Shown: piece after piece, positions 50,063 to 60,000 of the stretch
Layout of the letters: every line of letters begins with the position of its first letter
Position numbering within the stretch: position 1 is the first letter of the stretch
Assembly: GCF_004010195.1 (NCBI RefSeq)
Contig: NC_057719.1
Location: forward strand, 85,980,056-86,040,055
Source of the DNA: Chiloscyllium plagiosum
Lineage: Eukaryota
Direction: 5' to 3'
Length of the DNA stretch: 60,000 nucleotides
The notes under the pieces: generated by a model
Seen by the model: only the letters and a program-made list of their open reading frames with translations
What the model was told of the DNA's origin: nothing
The model's database searches: none
Made by a program: the position numbers and the translations under genes

Positions 50063-50669
50063 TGCTATGGACCACACCAGATTGCCTCAAAATATTTTAA
50101 GAAGGTAATCCAGACCCTAACATTTTCTTATTTTAAAGATAAATGTAAAATGTCTGTTCCCGATACAATGTGACTGGTCAAACTATGTTAAGCAAAACAC
50201 AATTTATTTAAACACTGTAGTTAAATTACAACCAAAGAAAGAGGAATTTACAATACCTTAACTCTACTGGAAACTTAACAGAATAATAGACACAGTAACT
50301 TTTACTAATTAATTATTCTAATATAGTAACATCTCGTAAACTCACCCCTTGGCAAAAAAATGGAAAATTGAGATTCATAGATTCTCACACGCAGTTCACA
50401 ATTCTAAAGGAATATATCAAGAGAAAGTTCAGAGAGAGTAGCAGACAGGAGAGATTCACCGAAGCTTACAACTCTTTTGAGACCCCAGTAACTTCTAATG
50501 TTACTCAGAAGTCCTGATCTGTGAGAGCTGTCACACCCATTCAGGCTGCATTAAAAAAACCGAAGGCCTCCAGAAGTGGTCTTCAGTAGCCAGTTTGGCA
50601 CCTTTGTCTTACAATCTCTCTTCAAGAAAAAAGGACAAAATAGCATCTTAAAGTGACAGTATCATCATA
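50063..50669. mobile_element. solo LTR (probably Gypsy type) in an old CR1
   Basis: Begins TG, ends CATCATA; flanked by 4-bp TSD CCAT (50059-50062, 50670-50673); CR1 sequence resumes across it. Confidence 0.6.
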
Positions 50670-50984
50670 CCATACAAGACTTTTGTGTTCTCTTCTATAC
50701 TAGCTGCCAGTCTCTTTCTTACACACTCTGTTTCCTTATTTGCTTTTTCACCTCCACTCTGAACTCACAATATGCAGCCTGTTCTCGGTTGTATTGTATA
50801 CCTGCTAGCTAGTTGTGCAATGACATAGCTGACCCTTCCAAGAACCAGGTTCTTCAGTGCTTCATTTCTCATTGGATTGGAGACATACTGCTGCAGAATT
50901 TCTTTCCCGAAAACACTCGAGGAACTATTGCTCCACACTGCCTTTTACACTACTACCACCCCAGGTTATATTCAGATATTTTAA

Positions 50985-51177
50985 GCATCAGCCGTGTTGA
51001 CCTCATAGAATATGAGTTCCCTGATTGGGGCTGTTAATCTGGATATAAACAGGAGTGGCAGACATTCTGTTCACTTTGAGAGCTGGCTCTAACAAAGCCG
51101 AATTAGTGTCAAGGACTCTCCACGTGGAAATAAAAGGTGACTTGGTGATGGGACACCAGCCTCTGTGAAATATTTTA
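50985..51177 (+). mobile_element. short LTR-like repeat
   Basis: Inverted CCAAT, TATAAA and AATAAA in LTR-like order; recognised by eye only. Confidence 0.35.
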
Positions 51178-51964
51178 GCTCCCATTTTAACTATTCTAAC
51201 TTTCTGCATCTTGCTGTAATCTCCTTGCATGGTGGAAGGGAAGTCATTGGAGAAGCAACTGAATATGGCTGTGTGTAGGACACAACTCTAAGGAACTTCT
51301 GAAGAGATGTCCTCAAACTGAGGTTACTGGTTGCCAACTATCAGAACCATCTTCCTGTGAGAAAGGTATGATCCAAACCAGTACAGAATTCCTCTATTGA
51401 TTCCAACTCAATCTTTGCAGGGAGCAGATGTATTCTGTACAGTTCCCTAGAGTCCTTGTATTTAGAAAATGAACTGTAAGGTAGTTGTATTTATTGCTAA
51501 CATGCAATCAAACATTTTATTAAAAGCAATGCCTCTTCTGTATACACTCTACAATCAAGGGACTACCATAAAGTATACAAAGAGTGTACAAAAGGATATA
51601 GATAGGTTCAATGAGTCTGCAAAAGATTAGCAACTATAGTAAAATGTGGGAAGTGTGAGGTTCCATTCTGCAGAGCATAATATCTTTAAATGGCCAAGAG
51701 TAGAGAGTGATCTGGGTGTCATGCACCTTCAAAGGCGAGTATAGAACTCAGTATGTCATCAACAGAATTGTTGTGGCCAATGCAATTCCAATAGTAACCT
51801 TTTCAGAACAATTACCTTGCACAACATCCTCCTCCCAACTTGCTTTCTGACTTAATCAAGTAGTTAGTTTACAGATAGAGCCAGCAAGCAGAAAAACAAA
51901 TGGAACATTAGTCTTTACCATCAGAGAAATGAAATAATTAAGTAGGGAGGTCTTGCTACAACTG

Positions 51965-53362
51965 TATTTGATTTGATTTATTTATTGTGAAGTGTGCCTA
52001 AGTACAGTGAAAAGCTTTGTTTTTGAGCAGTACAGGCAGATCGTAGTAAGCAAGGACATACAGATCATAGGGTGAAAAAAATTTCGACAGAGGCATACAG
52101 GTTACATAGCACAGTGTGTGCACTAGATAAGATCAACATTAGCATGATCAGTATTATTTGAAGTTAGATGGTCCATTCAGCAGTCTAATACTGGGAAAAA
52201 GATTATTCTGAATCTGCTGGTGCATGCATTCAAGCTTCTGTATCTTCTGACTGATGGGAGAGGTTGTAGGAGAGTATTACCAGTTTTCGATGAGTCTTTG
52301 ATGATATTGGCAGCCTTTTTGTGGCAATGAGCCATGTAAATGGAGTCCATGGATGGAAGATCGGCTTCCATGATGTTCTGGGCTGTGCACACAACCTTCT
52401 GAAGTTTCTTACGGTCCTGGGTAAAGCAGTTGCCATACCAAGCCGTTATGCACCCATCTAGTATGTTTTCAATGGTGCATCTGTAAAAGTTGGTGAGGAT
52501 CCTCATGGACATGTGAAGTTTCCTGAGCAGCCAAAGGAAGAAGAGGTATTGAGGTATCCTTCTTGACCATTGCATCCGTGTGTGAAGTTCAGGACAGGGT
52601 GTTGATTTCTGTCATTCCTAGAAGCGTGACACTGTCCACTCTCTCAACCTCAGTGCCACTGATGTAGATGGGGGTATGTTCTCCAACTGTCTTTCTGAAG
52701 TCAATTATCAGTTCTTTAGTTTTGCCAATGTTGAGAGAGATTGTTCTCATTGCACCACAAGATCAAGCCCTCTATCTCCTTTCTGTTTTTTGACTATTGG
52801 ATATCCATCCTACCATGGTGGTGACATCAGAAAACTTGTAGATGGCATTGATTCAGAATTTGGCAACACATTTTAAGTGTACAGGGAGTACAGTAGGGGG
52901 CTAAGGACGCATCCGTGGGAGGTTCCTATGTTGAATGTTATCGTGGCAGAGATGCAGGTGTCTATCATCACTGATTGTGCTCTGTGGGTGAGAAAGCTGA
53001 GGACCCAATTGTAGAGACAACGGTCTCAGAGCTTTGAGATAGTCTGGAGGGGATAATGGTGTCGAAGGCAGAGCTGCAGTTAATGAGGAGTCTGATGGTA
53101 AAGACTGGTGTTCCATTTGTTTTTCTGCTCGCTGGCTCTATCTGTAAACTAACTACTTGATTGAGTCGAAAAGCAAGTGGGAGGAGGATGTTGTGCAAGG
53201 TAATTGAAATTGCATTAGCCACAACAATTCTTTTGATGACATACTGAGTTCTACAGGTGTTCTTGTAGGTGTCCTTGTCCAGATGTTCCAAGGATGAGTG
53301 CAGGGCTAGGGAAATGTTGTGGACCTGTTACATGGGTAGGCAAATTGTAGAGGATCAAGGCA
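51965..53362 (-). mobile_element. Rex-Babar LINE 3' fragment
   Basis: HLDK.TY, SSAFDTIIP, LTNFYRCTIENILDGCITAWYGNC..QDRKKLQKVV; (TCAAA)n tail. Confidence 0.85.
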
Positions 53363-54325
53363 CATTGTACTGTATTGCACATTAGTGAGTCAATACCTAC
53401 TGTACTGCATGCCATTCTGGTCTTACTTAAGGAGAAATTTATTTGCAGAGCAGGTTTACTAGGCTGATTCCTGGGCTGAAGGTTGTCCTATGGTGTAAGT
53501 TTGCAAAGGTTATATCTATAATCTTTGGACTTAAGAAAAAGTGAAGCTAATGAAATTGAAGCATATAAAATTCTGACAATGTAGATTTTCTCCTGGGAGA
53601 TTTGAGAACTAGAAAATGCTGTTCATTAATGTGGCAACTACAATTTACGGTGAAGATGAGGAGAAACCTTTTTCTCTAAGAGTTTTGAATTATTTTCCAC
53701 AAAGAGCAGTGGAAGATGGGTGATTGAATATATTTAAGGCTGATCTAGACAGAGTTTTGGATGACAAGGGTTAATGGGAGGCAGGCAGAAAAGTGGGCTT
53801 ACGGCCACAATTATATAACTCATGGTCTTATTGATTGGCACAATGGACTCAATAAGCTGAATGGCCTTCTTCTGAACTAATTTATTGCAATCTTATGATA
53901 ACCTTCCACACAGGATGCTGCTGGGATTATGAGGATAAATCCAGCAATAAGAGATGAGTGACGTGACAGCTTCTAGAAATTATATTTCAAGACAAATTTT
54001 ACAGTCTATAGGACAAGTACAGGTTACAAAGCAGCTTGGATTTGTTCAGGGTTTGGTTAATTTACCATAGACTTTTCAAAGTTAGTCGAGAAGGTTAATG
54101 AAGGTAATACCATTGATGTGGTGTATATCAACTTCCAAAGTCCAGTTCATAAAATGCCCATATGGGGTTATTAGCAAAATTAAAGCTTAAGGGGCCAGTA
54201 GTAGCACAGATAGGAAATTGATGAAGTGAGAGAAAACAGAAAGTTTTGGTCGCATCATTAAATCAGAGAACGGCACATAGTGGAGTTCCTCTGTAATTAG
54301 TGTACAGATCCCTGTGTGTCTTACA

Positions 54326-56057
54326 TAGAACATTGAACAATGCAGCACAGTACTGGCCCTTCAGCCCTTGATGTTGTGCTGACCTTTTATCCTACTCTCA
54401 GATCAGACTAACCCACAAACCCTTCATTTTACCATCATCCATATACTGATCCAAGAGTCACTTAGATGTCCCTGATCTATCTGACTACTACCACTGCTGG
54501 CAGTGCATTCCATACACCCACCATTCTCTGTGTAAAAAAACATACCTCTGACATCTCTCCTAAACTTTATTCCAATACATTAAAATTGTGCCCCCTCCTG
54601 ATAGACATTTCCACCATGGGAAAAAGTCTCTGGCTATCCACTTTATCTATGCTTCTTATCATCTTGTACACCTCTATCAAGTCACCTCTCATTCTTCTTC
54701 ACTCCAATGAGAAAAGCCTTAGCTCCCTCAATGTTTCTTCATAAGACATGCCCTCCAGACCAGCCAGCATCTGGGAAAATCTCCTCTGCACCCTCTCGAA
54801 AACTTCCACATCCTTCATATAATGAGGCAACCAGAACTGAACACAATATTCCAAGTATGGTCTAACCAGGGCTCTACAGAGCTGCAGCATAACCTCGCAG
54901 CTCTTAAACTCATTCCCCCTGCTAATGAAAGCCAACACACCATATGCCTTCGCAAAACCTTATGAACCTGGTGGCAACTTTGAGGGATCTATAGACATGG
55001 ACTCCAAGATCCCTCTGTTCCTCCACCCTGCCAAGAATCCTGCCTTTAAACTTTTATTCTACATTCAAATTCAATCTTCTGAAGTGAATCACTTCACACC
55101 TTTCCAGGTTGAACTCCATCTGCCACTTATCAGCCCAGTTCTGCATCCTGTCAGTGTCACCTTCAACAGCCCTCCACAATATCCACAACTCCACCAAACT
55201 TTGTGTCATCAGCAACTTACTAACCTAGCCTTCCACTTTCTCATCCAAATCATTTATAAAAATCACAAAAAGCAAAGATCCCAGAACAGATCCCTGTGGA
55301 ATACCACTGGTCATCAAGCTCCAAGCTGGATACTTTCCATCTATCACCACCTGTTTTCTTCTATGGTGGCCAATTCTGTATCCAGATTTCCCTGTATTCC
55401 ATGCCTCCTTACTTTCTGATGAGCCAACCATGGGGAACCTTATCAAACGCCTTGCTAAAATCTATGTACATCATATCCTCTGCTCTTCCTTCATAAATGT
55501 GTTTTGTCCATCCTCAAAGAATTCAGTAAGGTTTTAGAGGCATAACCTGCCCCTCACAACACCATGCTGGCTGTCTCTCATCAAACTATAGTTTTCCAAG
55601 TAATCATAAATCCTGTCTCTCAGAATCCTCTCCAGTACTTTGCCCATCACAGACGTAAGACCGATTGGTCTGTAATTCCAGGATTATCCCCATTCCCTTT
55701 CTTGAACAAGGGAATAACATTTGCCACACTCCAATCATCTGGCACTACTCCAGTGGATAGTGAGGATGCAAAGATCATTACCAAATGCATAGCAATCTCT
55801 TCCCTTGCTTCCTGTAGTAACCTAGGGTATATCCTGTCTGGCCCAGGGGATTTATCTATCCTTATGTTTTCAAACAATTTTCAGCACATCCTCCTTCTTA
55901 AAATCAACCCGTTCAAGCATTTCACTTTGTTTTACACTGTCCTCAGAAACATCAAGGTCCCTCTCAGTAGTGAATACTGAAGCAAAATATTTGTTAAGGA
56001 CCTCCCCTGCCTCCTCCAACTCTCGGCACACTTTCCTTCCACTATCTCAGATCGGCC
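54326..56057 (-). mobile_element. 5'-truncated CR1 LINE (RT)
   Basis: DKSPGPDRIYPRLL, TSGIPQGSVLGSLLFVIFINDLD, RPYLEYCVQFW; tail near 54326. Confidence 0.9.
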
Positions 56058-56351
56058 CTGATTGGTCTGGATACAGTGTTAATGTTGTGGACTTAATTGA
56101 TGTTAATTGATGTAGATTACCGGGCACAATTCCAAAATTTGTAAATGACACAAATATAAATTTAAACTATGAGGAGGATAGAGCTAAACTTTAAAGGAAA
56201 TGCACAGCTTGGTGGAGTGCATAGATGACAGGTAAAGAATGTTTAATGAAGAAAAGTGTGTAGTCATTCATTTTGGTGGAAAGAATGAGGAGAGACAATG
56301 TAAAATAATAAATATAATTCTCAAGAGGTTCAGAAACAGAGGGACCCAGGA

Positions 56352-56535
56352 TTAAATATTTTTAATTAACTTCTTCAGAGATGTTGTGACACACCTCTGG
56401 AGCAAGTGTGGTGCTGGAAACGCACAGCAGGTCAGGCAGCATCCGAGGAGCAGGAAAATTGATGTTTCGGGCAAAAGCCTTTCATCAGGATGTAGGCCTC
56501 TTGGCCCAGAGACAGGGAAAGTACCATTGCAACAC
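56352..56535 (-). mobile_element. short tRNA-like SINE interrupted by a PLE family 1 end (56406-56490)
   Basis: Related SINE copies at ~25140-25235 and ~57165-57275; PLE CTGATGAAAGGCTTTTGCCCGAAACATC. Confidence 0.6.
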
Positions 56536-59091
56536 AAGAGCCTTTATGGACCTGGGGTTATGTGAGCACAAATCATTGAGTTATGATCTTTTGATTTTAT
56601 TGAAAATGTGTTAAGAAAGTAAATACTAAAGCATGCAGGATCATGGGCTCCATAAATAGGGAAATGAGTTTTAACTAAATGAAGTTATGATAAACATCGT
56701 GAAGAAACTGGATCAGCCTCAACTAATGCACTTTGTCCAGCTCTGGGCACTGCTCATTTGGGAAGATCTAACGAGGGAAAGATGAATTGAATTGTTTAAT
56801 GATCCTATTATTCTGTCTATAACAAGAAGTAATTTTAATCTATTCATTGTTTTTAATTATTTTCCCTTCCAAAATAGACCATGGTAGGTTCCTTGATTTA
56901 TGGAATCCAATGTTAAATGACCGGCAGCGAACTCTTTTTCACGCTAAATCAAAAAGATGAGTGTATTCAAGATTTTGGCCTGACAATAACTGGTACACAT
57001 ACATGCACACAAGTATACAAAGAGCCAGGTTAATAAGTTACAGTTACAAAGAGCTTTTTTAGAGTCCAGTAAGTCAATATCCATGGGAGGTTCTTGAAGT
57101 TGCCTGTTGTAGAAGTACAAGGATGTAGTTGAAGGCATGGCAATACAGTTCCTTTTGGAGGGCTCTTGTGGCACAGGAGGCACAGTACCTTTAAACCAGG
57201 AGGTCTAGATTCAAGTCCCATTTATTCCTGTAAATGTGTAATAACAGCTCTGAACGGGTTAATTAGAAAAGTATCTACATGTCTTGTGGATTGACAATTA
57301 ATCAACTATTTTTGAAAAATATAGAATTATTCCCAGAAATCAGGTCAAGAGAGAAGTCTAAAGTAAAGTTAGAATTTAGCTCACTTAGAGTTGTTTGTTG
57401 ACGTTAACATTTTCTCAGGAAAGAACATAAAGCTGTATAATTATATCTATTTAAAAAAAAAGATGTCTCAATCACATGCTCAATTTCCTAGAAAGGTCAA
57501 TTCTCTTTCTGATAAAGGGTTGGACTTGAAACATTTATTCTGCTTTCTGTCTGTAGATGCTGCCCAGATCTACTGAGTTCTCCAGCAATTTCTACTTTTT
57601 ATTTCAGATTTCCATTATCTGCAATTCTTTGTTTTATTTTAGTACATGAGCGAAGGTTGTTTTGCTACCTTACATCAATAACTATAGCATGCTGTAGAAT
57701 GTAATTGTGGGGCTATTAGCACCACTTCAGCCATAATTAGTTTCAATAGTCCTCCCTTTGTGCAGAACTGGCTGAGGTAGTCATTTCATCTGCTGTTCCT
57801 TTGCATTGGCTTTATCAGAATCTCTTCACAATGTCAGAATGTGAAATGCCAGTAGGTTAATGAGTTAACTTTTGTCTGCTGGAAATATCTGAAAAACAAT
57901 TTGTATAGGCAATAGCAGCCATTTCAAGATCATCAAGTCTTCATTTGGAAGAAGCGTAAACAAGAGTATGGTTTTAAAGAAAAGCAATTTTAGGTAAATT
58001 TTCATGCCTTCTGGGCATGACATTGACATTAGAAAGGAATCATACCGATTCACAGAAAATGCTTTCAGAGATGAGGAATTTCACTTGCGTTGCTAGTTTA
58101 AAGAAGTTGGAGCTGCTTTGCTTGGAGCAAACAAGATTTTATTCTTCTAAAGATATTTAATACAGAGATTCAAATCATGTGGCCCCTCAACAGTGTAGAG
58201 AGAAATAAACTGTTCCATTTGACAGAAAGAGCTATTTTCAGTTGATTGGCAAAATGATAATGTCAGCATGAGCAAAACCCAAAGTTATTTGGACCTGGAA
58301 TGCACCATCTGGGCATGTGATGGAGGCAGAAATAATTGAGGTCTTTGAAAGAGAGTTCGATAATTATCCAAAGACAAAATAATTGGAGTGCAATTGGAAG
58401 AGAATTCAGGGTACTGGGAGTAGGAAGATTGCTCTTTCAGACAGGTCACAATGGCAAGATTGCAAGGTCACTGTGAACATGGGTTGGGAAGATTATATGG
58501 AAGGAAGTATTTAGGGAGAATAAGAGGGCAATGAATTCAAAGGACAAAAAGCATTATGAGATAGAATAGAGGTTGAAATCAGAATGAAGTTAATCAGTGT
58601 AAGGGCTGCAGGAGAAAAGCAGTGAAAACCTCCTATTTTATGGTTGAGAGACAACAATGATTTTGAGTGAAAAGTGAGTTTGGTATTCAAAGTGAGGTGC
58701 ACAGGAGGAGAACTGATAAGCAGGGCATTGGGACAAGATATGATCTGGTGACAAGTACACTATCAATGCAATGATCTTGATGGGGAAAGTGCTGGCAGAT
58801 GAAACAAGGAAGGGAACTTTCATTAAAAGGAAACTAGTCATAACCCTTCAGTCAGCTTTCTGACCATGATGCGATCATCCACAACAATGTTTGTTCACAA
58901 ATGAATACACATTCTTTAGCTGATCTGCTGGCTCAATCCATTGGGAGAGATGAACTGGACGAGAAGGAGACTGTCCATCACCACATCCTCCATGGATGCA
59001 TTGGTTGGAACTGTGGCAAGAGAGCAAGATACTCAAGGATTAAACTGAAAGGAGACATGATGAGAGAGAGATGTCTCTCTCAAAATTGCTT

Positions 59092-59850
59092 TTTTAAAAT
59101 TGTTTCACAGGATGTAGGCATTGCTGAATAGGCTAAACTTTATTGCCCATCTGTCCTTTCCCTTGAGAAGTAGTGATGAGTTGCCTTCCTGAGCTGTGGG
59201 TGTCCATTTAAATGCTGTTAAGGTAGGAGTTCCAGCATTTGGACCCAGTGACAGTAAAGGAATGGGATAAAGTTACAAGTCAAGGTGGTGAGCGATTTGA
59301 AGGAGAACTTGCAGGCAATGATGTTCCCATGCGTCAGATGCCCTTGTCCTTCTAGGCAGAGTGTTTTCTTCATTCTTTCATGGGACAGCCATTTCAGAGG
59401 GTGGTTAATAGTCAACCACACTACTGTGGATCTGAAGTTACATGGAGGCAAGATACTGATGGGAGATATCCTTCACTAAAAGGCTTAAGGTGAACCAGAT
59501 GGATTTTTATATAAATCAACCATACTTTTATGCTAGCTTGGTTAGGAAAATGCTCTTGAGTTGTTGTGGTGCATCTTGAGGATGGTGCAGTCTGCTGCCA
59601 TTGTCCATCACTGACGCAGAAAGTGAATGGTTAAGTTGGTAGATGGGATGCCAATCAAGTAGGATGTTTTGTCCTCCATATATGGAGCTGTTGAGTGTTA
59701 TTGGAGCTGTAGTTATCCAGGCAAGTAGACAGTATCCATCAAACTGAATTATGCCTTGTAAATAGTGGACTAGCACTGGGAGACATGAGATATACTGCTT
59801 CCAACAGAATTCCCAGCCTCTAATTTGTATTTGCAGTCAGAGTACATTCG
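59092..59850 (-). mobile_element. Crack/L2-like LINE fragment with SINE family 2 piece
   Basis: Reverse-complement similarity to 30860-31633. Confidence 0.6.
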
Positions 59851-60000
59851 GTCCACAACCTATGTGTTCCCACTTAATATCAATTCACCCTTGCTTATTT
59901 TTAAGTCTTGCTTCTTTATATTACATTGGATTTCCAGTGTAATGTTGTTAACTCATCCCTGCCTTGCTATCCCTTACCTAACCCCAGCCATGCCTCCCCA

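Noticed and set aside
57669..57889. Minus-strand exon-like segment with a good acceptor
   Set aside because: Stops in all three frames and no other support

Overview
Eukaryotic genomic DNA, almost certainly from a shark (elasmobranch). The inference rests on the many HE1-type V-SINEs and their partner CR1/HER1-type LINEs. Only two protein-coding genes can be supported, and both are EEF1AKMT3/METTL21B-like seven-beta-strand lysine methyltransferases with three coding exons. They lie tail-to-tail: gene A on + is join(3138..3314,5714..5825,8437..8918), 256 aa; gene B on - is complement(join(16923..17317,19852..19963,21334..21465)), 212 aa. Gene B has an intact ORF, but the acceptor of its 112-nt middle exon is TG rather than AG, with frame-preserving AGs 27 nt on either side. 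It also has WGP in place of the family WDA motif. The rest of the window, especially 26-60 kb, is dense retroelement debris: CR1 LINEs (one near full length), a Crack/L2-like LINE, a Rex-Babar LINE, several SINE families, a solo LTR, and many Penelope-like element (PLE) ends. The PLE ends carry minimal hammerhead-ribozyme motifs and several form fold-back hairpins with target-site duplications. Repeat boundaries are read by eye and approximate, and family names come from recalled consensus, not database searches.
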